Numbered from the stretch's first letter, positions 8,836 to 17,532 are shown. The stretch is 64,000 bases of DNA from an uncultured Candidatus Saccharibacteria bacterium (GCA_964361095.1 CAYHZA010000003.1:31773-95772); one strand, 5' to 3'. A program made the numbers and translations. The notes: a model not told the origin generated them from the letters alone.

Positions 8836-9282
8836 TCACTCTTCGAACGCGACGGTGATGTCGGAGTCTTCCCTGCCAGGCGAGTGAAAATCGAAGACAT
8901 GGAAAAAACGCAGAACATCGCCTGATTCGAGCGAACAGTGGGTACCGATGTGTTCTTCTACGCCATTCCAACCGATGGCAAAGATCGCACCGTTCCGCAC
9001 GAGGCACGTCTCCATCCCGAGGGAGATTCTCCAGATTTTACCCGCACGCCAGAGATCACCTACATGCCAACTGCCGAGTTTCACAGGAACCTTCCCCTTC
9101 GTGATTCTTTCAACCGCAAGAAGTGGTTTGCCACCGAGCATGAGAACGAGCGGCTGGTTCAGCACCGATGGAGCTTCGATATCCTCCCGAACACGCCTGA
9201 ACAATTTCAGCATTACAACCTCCTCATAAAATTGAATTGTGCTTGCTATTCGCATTAAAAACGAAAACCCACCGAAAAGCAA
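8836..9282 (-). CDS. hypothetical protein (beta-barrel, cupin/dUTPase-like guess)
   Basis: 148-aa ORF; the probable start is the internal MLKLF. Assignment is weak. Confidence 0.3.
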   Translation of the reverse strand: MLFGGFSFLMRIASTIQFYEEVVMLKLFRRVREDIEAPSVLNQPLVLMLGGKPLLAVERITKGKVPVKLGSWHVGDLWRAGKIWRISLGMETCLVRNGAIFAIGWNGVEEHIGTHCSLESGDVLRFFHVFDFHSPGREDSDITVAFEE

Positions 9283-9326
9283 GGAGAAGCTTCAATTTAT
9301 CAGGAAATGGCGCTAAAATTAACTCA

Positions 9327-12104
9327 ATGCCAGAAACTCTCGAACCCCATTACGACCACCTGAAGACCGAAGAAAAAATCTACCGACTCTGGGAAGGGTC
9401 GGGGTACTTTTCACCGGACAAACTTCCGTCAAAGAAAACCGCAAAGCCGTTTACGGTCATGATGCCCCCGCCGAACGCGAACGGCTCACTCCATATCGGA
9501 CATGCGGTGGGCATCACTCTTCAAGACGTTATGGCGCGCTTCGCGCGTATGCGCGGGAAAAAGACTCTTTGGCTTCCCGGCGCCGATCATGCCGGATTTG
9601 AAACACAGGTTGTATTCGATAAAAAACTCGAGAAGGAAGGACGCAACTCCGACGCGTTGCACGGTCGGAGCTCCGACACCGAAGGTCGTCGGAGCCGCTT
9701 CACGATGAGCCGCGAAGAATTATGGAAAGAAATTTGGGACTTTACGCAGACAAATAAAAAAGTGATGGAAAACCAGCTCCGCAAGCTTGGCGCTTCCTGC
9801 GACTGGTCCCGCGAGAAATTCACGCTCGATCCGGACATCATAAAAACCGTCTACGAAACATTCGAGAGGCTCTACAAGGACGGACTCGCCTATCGTGACC
9901 TCCGCGTCGTGAATTGGTGCCCTAAACATCGCACGGCTCTTTCGGACTTGGAGGTAAAATATATTGAACGCGAAGATCCCCTCTATTACATAAAATATGG
10001 ACCACTCACGCTCGCGACCGTCCGACCCGAAACAAAATTCGGGGACACCGCGCTCGCGGTAAATCCGAAAGACAAGCGGTATCAAAAATATATTGGGAAA
10101 GTTATCGAAGCGCGGGGTATTTTGGGACCTTTGAAATTCAAGGTGATTGCAGACGACGCGATAGACCCAAAGTTCGGCACGGGAGTGGTCAAGGTAACTC
10201 CCGCGCACGACCCTCTGGACTTTGAGATTTGGCAACGACACAAGAACGAAATCTCGGGACCAAAAGTTATCATAGACGAATCCGGCCGCTTAACCGGCGA
10301 GGTTGGCGAATTCAAAGGGCTCAAAGTTTCCGAGGCGCGACAAAAAGTTTCGGAAGCAATGGAAAAAATTGGCATCTTGGAAAAAACGGATTCGCACTAC
10401 AAACACCAAGTGGCAACGTGCTACAAGTGCGGAAATATATTAGAACCGCTTCCTAAGCCGCAGTGGTTCATTCGGATGACGGAGAAACCGAGACAAGTAT
10501 CAAGTGACAAGCGTCAAGCTTCAGGAAAGTCGCTTCGCGACCTCGGAATTGATGCTGTAAAGAGCGGAAAAATAAAGATTTATCCGAAAAGAACCGAGAA
10601 GGTATATATGCACTGGCTCAAGAATATCCGCGACTGGAACATCTCGCGGCAGATCGTCTGGGGCATCCGGATTCCGGCGTGGTTTAGAGAAATATCAAAT
10701 ATCAAAGATCAAAGATCAAAGATATGGGACTTGAAAATTTACGATGGAAGGAAAACGTTTGAGGCACTAAAGAACGGTAAAAAACGCGTTGAGACTCGCG
10801 CCGGGAAACCCCAAGGAGCAGAAAAAGACTGGCGAAGTTTTAAGATAGGAGATGTAATTAACTTTTCGCTTGTTGAAGAGGGAACGGAACGCATTTTGTC
10901 TAACGAAGTTATTACGAAAGAAATAGTTTCTATTCACCATTTCCGAACGATTGACGAGTTACTATCAAAATTTGATGTAAATGAAATCCATCCCTATCAT
11001 CCGACCGAATATCGCAGCTGGTGGGAAAGCCGTCCTATCTTTAAAAAACGTATAAAAAAATATGGCATCTGGGCATTTGAACTCCAAGACGTCAATGAAA
11101 AAACTCAAGAAATATATGTCGGCATAGCTCCTCCTTCCGGCGAGGGTTGGGTTCAAGACCCCGACGTCTTCGACACGTGGTTCTCTTCGGGCCAGTGGCC
11201 GTTTGCTACTCTTCTTGCGAACAAGAAGGGTGACACGAGACATGTGACACGAGACATGAGAAGAAAATCAGATTTTGAGGAATTCTATCCAACCGACGTG
11301 ATGGCAACCGGCTACGATATCCTCTTCTTTTGGGTGGCGCGAATGGTGATGCTCGGCCTTTACCGCACCGACAAAGTCCCCTTTAAAAACGTCTATTTGC
11401 ACGGGCTTGTGCGCGACAAGGACCGGCAGAAAATGTCCAAATCAAAAGGGAACGTCGTGGATCCTTTGGGCGTTGCCGAAATGTATGGCGCAGACGCCCT
11501 ACGAATGGCGCTTGTGGTCGGAAACACGCCCGGAAACGACATCGCAATATCCGAAGACAAGATTCGCGGTTATCGAAATTTTGCGACCAAAATCTGGAAT
11601 GCAAGCCGGTTTGTGCTCATGAATCGGCCAAGCAAAATGCCAAAAATCATAAAACTCTCCGCCGAAGACAAAAAAAACATCGCAGGAGTGATAAAAGCGA
11701 AAGCGGCCGTCGCGAAATATATCGAGAAATTTGAATTTCATCTCGCCGCGGAAAAGGCGTACCACTATTTTTGGCACACGTTCGCGGATAAGATCATCGA
11801 AAGCTACAAGCCGCGGCTTCGAGGAGAAGAATTTTTTGCTTCTGGCGCGGCTATGAGGCCGAGCGGGCATGGTTTGCCGCAAAGCGGCGAGAGCGAGGCC
11901 GAATCGCCAGTGAACATCCACGCTAGGGATGTGAACGGTAGCCAAAAACAAAAAATTCTTGCCGACCAGCTTGCCGCTTATCATACCCTTGAAACAATCC
12001 TTCTCGAATCCTTGAAGATGCTCCACCCCTTTATGCCATTCGTAAGCGAAGAAATCTATGGGAAGCTCAACCCCGGGAAACTCCTCATTATCGAGAAGTG
12101 GTAA
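9327..12104 (+). CDS. valS: valine--tRNA ligase carrying an inserted ASCH domain and small GC-rich in-frame inserts
   Basis: HIGH motif (PPPNANGSLHIGHA) and KMSKS motif. Conserved segments RIPAWF and DVFDTWFSSGQWPF flank an insert of about 125 aa. The likely start is MPETLEPHYD at 9327; the ORF track begins at 9237. Confidence 0.9.
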   Translation: MPETLEPHYDHLKTEEKIYRLWEGSGYFSPDKLPSKKTAKPFTVMMPPPNANGSLHIGHAVGITLQDVMARFARMRGKKTLWLPGADHAGFETQVVFDKKLEKEGRNSDALHGRSSDTEGRRSRFTMSREELWKEIWDFTQTNKKVMENQLRKLGASCDWSREKFTLDPDIIKTVYETFERLYKDGLAYRDLRVVNWCPKHRTALSDLEVKYIEREDPLYYIKYGPLTLATVRPETKFGDTALAVNPKDKRYQKYIGKVIEARGILGPLKFKVIADDAIDPKFGTGVVKVTPAHDPLDFEIWQRHKNEISGPKVIIDESGRLTGEVGEFKGLKVSEARQKVSEAMEKIGILEKTDSHYKHQVATCYKCGNILEPLPKPQWFIRMTEKPRQVSSDKRQASGKSLRDLGIDAVKSGKIKIYPKRTEKVYMHWLKNIRDWNISRQIVWGIRIPAWFREISNIKDQRSKIWDLKIYDGRKTFEALKNGKKRVETRAGKPQGAEKDWRSFKIGDVINFSLVEEGTERILSNEVITKEIVSIHHFRTIDELLSKFDVNEIHPYHPTEYRSWWESRPIFKKRIKKYGIWAFELQDVNEKTQEIYVGIAPPSGEGWVQDPDVFDTWFSSGQWPFATLLANKKGDTRHVTRDMRRKSDFEEFYPTDVMATGYDILFFWVARMVMLGLYRTDKVPFKNVYLHGLVRDKDRQKMSKSKGNVVDPLGVAEMYGADALRMALVVGNTPGNDIAISEDKIRGYRNFATKIWNASRFVLMNRPSKMPKIIKLSAEDKKNIAGVIKAKAAVAKYIEKFEFHLAAEKAYHYFWHTFADKIIESYKPRLRGEEFFASGAAMRPSGHGLPQSGESEAESPVNIHARDVNGSQKQKILADQLAAYHTLETILLESLKMLHPFMPFVSEEIYGKLNPGKLLIIEKW
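10725..11093 (+). other. ASCH (YqfB-like, PUA-like) domain inserted in ValRS
   Basis: YDGRKTFEALKNGKKRVETR...FKIGDVINF...WAFELQDV. From memory, this aligns with E. coli YqfB (GRKTITIRDE...FKTGDVLRV...YVIEFKCL), including the GxKxxExR motif. Confidence 0.6.
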
Positions 12105-12130
12105 TGCGGAATTGGTATAATGAATAAGCG

Positions 12131-12832
12131 ATGAATATATTTACGCTTGTTCTTGCTTTTCTTCCGGGGTTCGCCTGGTTGTTTTTTTATCTCCAAGAAG
12201 ACCTTCACCCCGAACCGAAACGGCTCATTCTTAAAACATTTATTCTGGGCGGCATATTTGCACTTATAGCCCTCGTCACTGAACTACTCTTCGACTGTGG
12301 CGCAAACCAATTTCAAAACTGCCTTACCCAAAAAACGGACATTCGAAACGTCATTCTCCCTTCGCTTATTATTTTTTCATTGATAGAAGAATTTTTTAAA
12401 TTCGGCGCCGCGTATTTTTCGATACACAAAGATCCCGCTTTTAACGAGCCGGTAGATGCAATGATATACGCGATTGTTGCCGCTTTGGGATTCGCGACTG
12501 TGGAAAACTTAGGCGCGTTAAGTCTTGGGAACGGCGCCCAAACAGGACTTTTAAGTAACGCACTAGAGATTGCCTCGCTCCGTTTCGTGGGCGCGACACT
12601 GCTTCATTCCTTAACATCGGGCATCATCGGCTACTACTGGGCGGTGAGTATTCGCGACTTTGGAGAAAAACGGTTTATTGTTATGGGTATCGCCATCGCG
12701 ACCGGTTTGCACGCTTTCTTCAACTACCTTATAATAAATTACTGGAACGGGTTTTATCCGATTCTCCTCGTCGTCATTATAGGATTTTTCGTGTTGAACG
12801 ACTTCGAAAATCTCAAACGCAAAAAAATTTAA
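12131..12832 (+). CDS. PrsW-family intramembrane glutamic protease
   Basis: Multi-TM protein with EEFFKFG (the EExxK motif), FATVEN and HAFFN motifs. Confidence 0.65.
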   Translation: MNIFTLVLAFLPGFAWLFFYLQEDLHPEPKRLILKTFILGGIFALIALVTELLFDCGANQFQNCLTQKTDIRNVILPSLIIFSLIEEFFKFGAAYFSIHKDPAFNEPVDAMIYAIVAALGFATVENLGALSLGNGAQTGLLSNALEIASLRFVGATLLHSLTSGIIGYYWAVSIRDFGEKRFIVMGIAIATGLHAFFNYLIINYWNGFYPILLVVIIGFFVLNDFENLKRKKI

Positions 12833-12861
12833 AAAGGTCAAAGTAACTATATTAATTTATT

Positions 12862-13359
12862 ATGGAAAACTCGGAAGAAACATTTTTTGAAAAATTAGCC
12901 GACGAACGCCTGAATCCGAACCACGAAGATTATTTTAAGGTAGAACTCGCGAAAGCCGGTGGTAACGTCGTAAGTGAACCGAAAGTTAAGGCGCAGAGCA
13001 AGGCAGAGCAAGAAATCGAAAGCGAAGTAGAGGGACAGCTTACTGTTGACGTCTACCAAACGCCAAACGAAATTATCGTGGAATCGGCGGTGGCCGGCGT
13101 GGAACCGGAGAACATCGACATCAATGTCACGAACGACTCCATCGCCATAAAAGGCAAGCGTCATCGCGAGAAACAAGTTAAGGAAGAAGATTATTTCTAC
13201 CAGGAATGCTACTGGGGAAAATTTTCCCGCTCGGTAATACTCCCCCAAGAAGTAGACGCGGAAAACTCCTACGCCAGCTTCAAAAACGGGATTCTGGCGG
13301 TCCATATGCCAAAGCTAAATCGGCAAAAAACGAAAAAACTAAAAGTGAAGCTCGAATAG
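12862..13359 (+). CDS. Hsp20 / alpha-crystallin small heat-shock protein
   Basis: Alpha-crystallin domain: VDVYQTPNEIIVESAVAGVEPENIDINVTNDSIAIKGKR...GKFSRSVILP...ILAVHMPK. Confidence 0.85.
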   Translation: MENSEETFFEKLADERLNPNHEDYFKVELAKAGGNVVSEPKVKAQSKAEQEIESEVEGQLTVDVYQTPNEIIVESAVAGVEPENIDINVTNDSIAIKGKRHREKQVKEEDYFYQECYWGKFSRSVILPQEVDAENSYASFKNGILAVHMPKLNRQKTKKLKVKLE

Positions 13360-13417
13360 AGGTGCCTCAAAAAACGAATTGCAAAACAATTCGTTTTTTG
13401 TTATCATAAGAGCCATT

Positions 13418-13600
13418 ATGCGACAATGTAAAATCTGCGGGAAAGGTTCGATTATCCGAGGCAAACGCCGACTCCTGCGCGGACACTACAATCCGACATC
13501 CCAGTCAAGAAAATATCCCAACCTCCAGTGGGTTAAAATTAACGGCGTGCGAAAAATGGCTTGCACGGCGTGTATAAAAAACCGTGCTAAGAAAGCTTAG
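13418..13600 (+). CDS. rpmB: 50S ribosomal protein L28
   Basis: MRQCKICGKGSIIRGKRRLLRGHYNPTSQSRKYPNLQWVKINGVRKMACTACIK. Confidence 0.75.
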   Translation: MRQCKICGKGSIIRGKRRLLRGHYNPTSQSRKYPNLQWVKINGVRKMACTACIKNRAKKA

Positions 13601-13801
13601 CGATTCCCTGTTTCTTTTTATAATCAAAAATACTCAAGGTTTTGACGGGCTGTAGCCCCGACGCGCTAATTTTCATAGAATAATGAGGTCGGGGTCCCAA
13701 CCTTGGCGTCGGGATATACCGGTAGTACCCCAGTAGCAGAGCAAAGTTCGCTACGGGGCAGGCGCACTATTGGCCAAACACCAAATCGAGCACATTACAA
13801 T

Positions 13802-13872
13802 CGGGGTGTAGTATAGTGGTAGTACGCAAGGCTGGGGGTCTTGTAGTGGGAGTTCGATTCTCCCCACCCCGA
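13802..13872 (+). tRNA. tRNA-Pro (anticodon GGG)
   Basis: Manual fold. Acceptor CGGGGTG/CACCCCG; D-arm GTAT-AGTGGTA-GTAC; anticodon stem CAAGG/TCTTG with loop CUGGGGG; T-arm GGGAG-TTCGATT-CTCCC; discriminator A; no encoded CCA. Confidence 0.7.
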
Positions 13873-13879
13873 CTAATAC

Positions 13880-14110
13880 AACAGGTGCTCGATTGGTAGC
13901 GGGGTAAAGGTGCATGCCAGCCCAGTAGCGATCCGCCGGTTGGCGGATTTGTTACTGGGGTAGACCGGGTTCTCCGCCAGCTGGCGGACCGGCAGCCCGA
14001 CCAGCTTCAGTTTTCACTTCCCGAGAACCGCGGTCCGTCCGCTCCTGCGGCGGCCACCCGTTGCCTCCAACGGCTCCTTTGAATACCAAGCTCACAACGC
14101 CTCCGAGAGC
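13880..14110. other. GC-rich hairpin-dense non-coding region (candidate structured RNA, identity unknown)
   Basis: Many stable hairpins, including CCGCCGGTTGGCGG and CCGCCAGCTGGCGG. No protein-like ORF. No RNase P, SRP or tmRNA motifs found. Confidence 0.2.
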
Positions 14111-14365
14111 TTCTTGGGAAGCAAAAACTTACGCGACTAAACCAATAGAGAGTCGAAATTATCCTTAAAATAAGCCAATTTTTGTTGAACGCTTTTTAGC
14201 TCGGTTTCCATATTTTGGACAAAAGTTCGCGATGATTCGAAGCCATTTTATAGATGCCCCATAGGGCTTTTTATTTTGCGGCAAGCACTTGACTTGTGAC
14301 AGGAAATAAACTATAATATGAATAGGATTTATCGAACCTTGAAAACCTAGACTGGAGGTGATCAC

Positions 14366-15379
14366 GTGAAGCGAACTAAGACTCTGCTTCGAGTGTTGTT
14401 GTCCCTTCTCATCTTAGAGTCCGCGTTCGCAATTCACGAATACGGTCATCTAAGAGAGTTCCAGAAACGAGGCGTCCCTGTTAAAGAGTTTTCTCTGGGG
14501 ATTGGTCCTCGACTGTATCAATACCAAACCGATTCTTCGCTCACTATAAGTTTCCGGCTCATACCGATAATGGCGTATGTAGCACCAACGGAAGAGGGCG
14601 GAAACTTATTCAGGAAGCAAGGAACGCTTTGGGACAAAGTCGCTGTTGACGCAGCGGGAGTACGGAATAACTTCTTGGTTGGTTTGGCCATCGTGTTTTT
14701 TATGCAGGTTCTTGGTTGGAAAAAAGGAAATCTATCCATAAAGGAACTCACAGGAACAGCGGCGGTTACGCCTTTCAAGATTTTACTCCGCTTCATCGCG
14801 TTTCTCGTCGGCTGTGTAACATGGGGTCGCGTCAACCTGGCGGAGAGGTTTCTTCTTTCCACAGGGGGCATTGATCCGCCTAAACCGCTCAAGTCGTTCA
14901 TCCTTTGGAACTTGACGCTTGGTTTTCTCAACCTTGCACCAATTCCTCCCCTTGACGGCGGTCACGTACTAGAAGCTATCCTGTTCTCGATAGGAGCTAA
15001 CATCCACATACCAGAGATTCCGAAATTCGTGGGTGTCATCCTGTTTGCGGCATACTACGCGACTGCTGGCAATCAGGATATGCGCGTACTCGAGGTTGAG
15101 GTAAAAAAGAAATCTACTACTGTGTTCAACGTGAGTAAAAAAAGAAGCGAGTCGAGAGAGACGATTAGTCGTCGAGAAGAAGTCGAAACGCAGATTGCTT
15201 TTTGTCCTCTCATCTCGGCTCGAACCAACAACGTTCTCAATCGCGCCGGCATCTATACAATTGCCGACTTACGGAAATTCACCGCGGCACAGTTACTAGA
15301 AATCAAAGGTTTCGGTCCAAAATCTCTTGCGGAAGTTGAGACGCTTCTGTCTCAAAGAGATTTGCACCTAAAGCCGTAA
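14366..15379 (+). CDS. site-2 protease (M50 family) fused to an RNA polymerase alpha-CTD-like HhH domain
   Basis: HEYGH (HExxH) and LNLAPIPPLDGGH (LDG) motifs in a multi-TM body. The C-terminus (ARTNNVLNRAGIYTIADLRKFTAAQLLEIKGFGPKSLAEVETLL) resembles the alpha-CTD ([43 protein letters not shown]). Confidence 0.7.
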   Translation: MKRTKTLLRVLLSLLILESAFAIHEYGHLREFQKRGVPVKEFSLGIGPRLYQYQTDSSLTISFRLIPIMAYVAPTEEGGNLFRKQGTLWDKVAVDAAGVRNNFLVGLAIVFFMQVLGWKKGNLSIKELTGTAAVTPFKILLRFIAFLVGCVTWGRVNLAERFLLSTGGIDPPKPLKSFILWNLTLGFLNLAPIPPLDGGHVLEAILFSIGANIHIPEIPKFVGVILFAAYYATAGNQDMRVLEVEVKKKSTTVFNVSKKRSESRETISRREEVETQIAFCPLISARTNNVLNRAGIYTIADLRKFTAAQLLEIKGFGPKSLAEVETLLSQRDLHLKP

Positions 15380-15687
15380 GTACGATCATCCGAGTCCATT
15401 AGTTCAAAGGTATGTATAGAGAAATCTATACATACCTTTTTTCTTTTTAAAATATCGAAGAACCCGGACTCTGCATTTATTCAAAATCTAAACCAAACTA
15501 AAAATCGCCACGAGAAATGGCGATCTTTGGGATCTCGCTCAGATATCCCGGAAGTAAATCCAGGTGGGTGGGCTCAATCACGATCCCAAGGGACCGGATA
15601 ATTCGCCCTCCCAATTAAAATTATTTGATCCGAAATCTGAGGCGAGATCCCTTTTATGATACGAACTATCGAAAACTTGTGCAAATC

Positions 15688-16140
15688 CTACATCGTTATA
15701 GAAACCCTTCGAAATTGAAAGAGTTTCCTTGTGAATACAACAATTGAACCCCCCACAAAATCATTGAATAAATCCCCCATCGTATCGGCAAGTCCCTGTT
15801 GGGCGTACGCGAAAGGATGCTTTCCGGCGATGAAGACATCGAAGAGATACTCATAAAATTCCCAAAACACGCCGACAAGCATTACGAATCCAAGCGTAAG
15901 ACACACTACCATCAGAAATTGTTTTCTTGAACCGGCAGATGACGAAAATATTTTCCAATAATCTTCCGCGATATAGAAAAAAAGAAGCGCTACCCAAGCA
16001 CCTCCAAAAAGATGCAAGGGAATATCATACCACCACACCGAAACGTAAAGTCCTTCAAAAACACCTATAAGATGCGCGAGGATGATAAGTAACCAACTTG
16101 CAATGACAACACGAAACTTTGTGTTTACACGAAGGATCAT
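15688..16140 (-). CDS. hypothetical integral membrane protein
   Basis: 150 aa with about 4 TM helices. Confidence 0.4.
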   Translation of the reverse strand: MILRVNTKFRVVIASWLLIILAHLIGVFEGLYVSVWWYDIPLHLFGGAWVALLFFYIAEDYWKIFSSSAGSRKQFLMVVCLTLGFVMLVGVFWEFYEYLFDVFIAGKHPFAYAQQGLADTMGDLFNDFVGGSIVVFTRKLFQFRRVSITM

Positions 16141-16297
16141 AGGATAATAGTAACTCTCATCATCTCGCCCAGTAAGGCGCGATTTTTACTCTTTAAGACA
16201 AAAATCTATCGCTTCGCCCATTTTGGGTCGCGACTCTCGTCGCTCTTTAAAACCCATCGGTTTTAATATTTCCCTGCCTGACGGCCGGCAGGCGCAA

Positions 16298-16371
16298 CGG
16301 GAAAACTCCCGTTTTCCCGACCCTTTTCCCACCACAGTTGTGGCCAAACTAACGTTTGGCCCACTGTGGTG
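16298..16371 (+). repeat. REP-like hairpin element (GGGAAAACTCCCGTTTTCCC core) plus a 40-nt palindrome
   Basis: CGGGAAAACTCCCGTTTTCCCGACCCTTTTCCC also occurs, inverted, at 40808-40850. CACCACAGTTGTGGCCAAAC taac GTTTGGCCCACTGTGGTG is a near-perfect palindrome. Confidence 0.5.
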
Positions 16372-16807
16372 CCCTGCGGGCTTTTTTCAAACCATATTTC
16401 TTTCTTTCTACCATACGGGAATCCCGAGTCAAAAAACCAAGCTGACGGAGTCGCTTTTTAAATTCCGGTTCAACAATGGTAAGCGCTCGCGCAAGCCCGT
16501 GGCGTACCGCCTCGGCTTGAGCCATTACTCCTCCACCGCGAACTTGAGCGCTTACAGAAAATTTACCCTCGAGCTTTAGATCATCAATCGGTTGACGCGC
16601 AACATTGGACAATCTTCCCAAGGGAAAATAATCCTTTAAGGATTTCTCATTGACCACGAAATGGCTTCCGCCCGGTGTAATACGCACTCGCGCGACCGCG
16701 GTCTTTCGACCTCCCACCGCCTCAACATAACGACCGCCTGCCGTTTTGTGCTCTTTGTCCGCCAGCTGGCGGATTGAACTTTTTTCTTCCGATTGTTTTT
16801 TTACCAT
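16349..16807 (-). CDS. rpsI: 30S ribosomal protein S9
   Basis: GGGVMAQAEAVRHGLARAL...FLTRDSRMVERKKYGLKKARRAPQWAKR. The N-terminal extension contains the CCGCCAGCTGGCGG palindrome. Confidence 0.9.
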   Translation of the reverse strand: MVKKQSEEKSSIRQLADKEHKTAGGRYVEAVGGRKTAVARVRITPGGSHFVVNEKSLKDYFPLGRLSNVARQPIDDLKLEGKFSVSAQVRGGGVMAQAEAVRHGLARALTIVEPEFKKRLRQLGFLTRDSRMVERKKYGLKKARRAPQWAKR

Positions 16808-16819
16808 AGTGGGGTTGTA

Positions 16820-17173
16820 TTATTCCTTCGTGCTATTCACGAACACCAGTTTCTTTAAACGACGCTGATTCAAAAAATTCTTCGGCAACATACGGCGCAC
16901 GCTTTCCCGAAGCACACGCTTTGGATCCTTGGCAAACGCTTCCTCAAAACGGCGGGTCTTCAAATGCCCCATGTAACCGGTATGTCTATGATACAACTTT
17001 TCGGTAAATTTCCGCCCCGAAACCGTAATCTCTCCCACATTCGTGACAATAACTCTATCGATTCCAACTTCTTTGGGATCATAATGGGGGCTCTTCTTCC
17101 CCTGAAGAATATGGGCAATCTCGGTAGCCAAGCGCCCAAGTCTTTTATTTTTTGCATCAATGAGGTAATCCAT
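16820..17173 (-). CDS. rplM: 50S ribosomal protein L13
   Basis: MDYLIDAKNKRLGRLATEIAHILQGKKSPHYDPK...DRVIVTN. Confidence 0.9.
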   Translation of the reverse strand: MDYLIDAKNKRLGRLATEIAHILQGKKSPHYDPKEVGIDRVIVTNVGEITVSGRKFTEKLYHRHTGYMGHLKTRRFEEAFAKDPKRVLRESVRRMLPKNFLNQRRLKKLVFVNSTKE

Positions 17174-17175
17174 GA

Positions 17176-17532
17176 TTAACGGACAAATTCAATAACGGCG
17201 AGAGATGCGCCGCTTCTTTTTTGGGCTTTCATAGTCTTTATTATCCTTAAATATCCGCCATTCCGATCTTTGTAGCGAGGAGCTATCTCTTCATAAAGTT
17301 TATGTACCACCGTGGCGTTGTGAAGGCGCGCAAGTAACAATCGGCGACTTGCTAATGTTTGCTTCTTCGCATGCGTCACAAGACATTCCACGATAGGACG
17401 TATGGCTTTGGCGCGAGATTCGGTCGTTTCAATGCGCTCGGCCCGAATCAAATCGGATGCCAAGTTTCGTAAAAACGATCTGCGTCTCCCTGACGTTCTG
17501 TGAAATTTTTTTCCTTTCTTTGCGTGACGCAT
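17176..17532 (-). CDS. rplQ: 50S ribosomal protein L17
   Basis: MRHAKKGKKFHRTSGRRRSFLRNLASDLIRAERIETT...GGYLRIIK. Confidence 0.9.
   Translation of the reverse strand: MRHAKKGKKFHRTSGRRRSFLRNLASDLIRAERIETTESRAKAIRPIVECLVTHAKKQTLASRRLLLARLHNATVVHKLYEEIAPRYKDRNGGYLRIIKTMKAQKRSGASLAVIEFVR

Noticed and set aside
8836-9282. Confident dUTPase/dCTP-deaminase call for the 148-aa protein
   Set aside because: Only a vague GWNG/beta-barrel resemblance. The conserved dUTPase motifs were not found, so it stays as a hypothetical protein.
10690-10725. The heptanucleotide repeats as a CRISPR array
   Set aside because: The units are 7 nt with no spacers, they are translated in-frame inside valS and miaA, and no cas genes are present. 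This is a microsatellite, not CRISPR.
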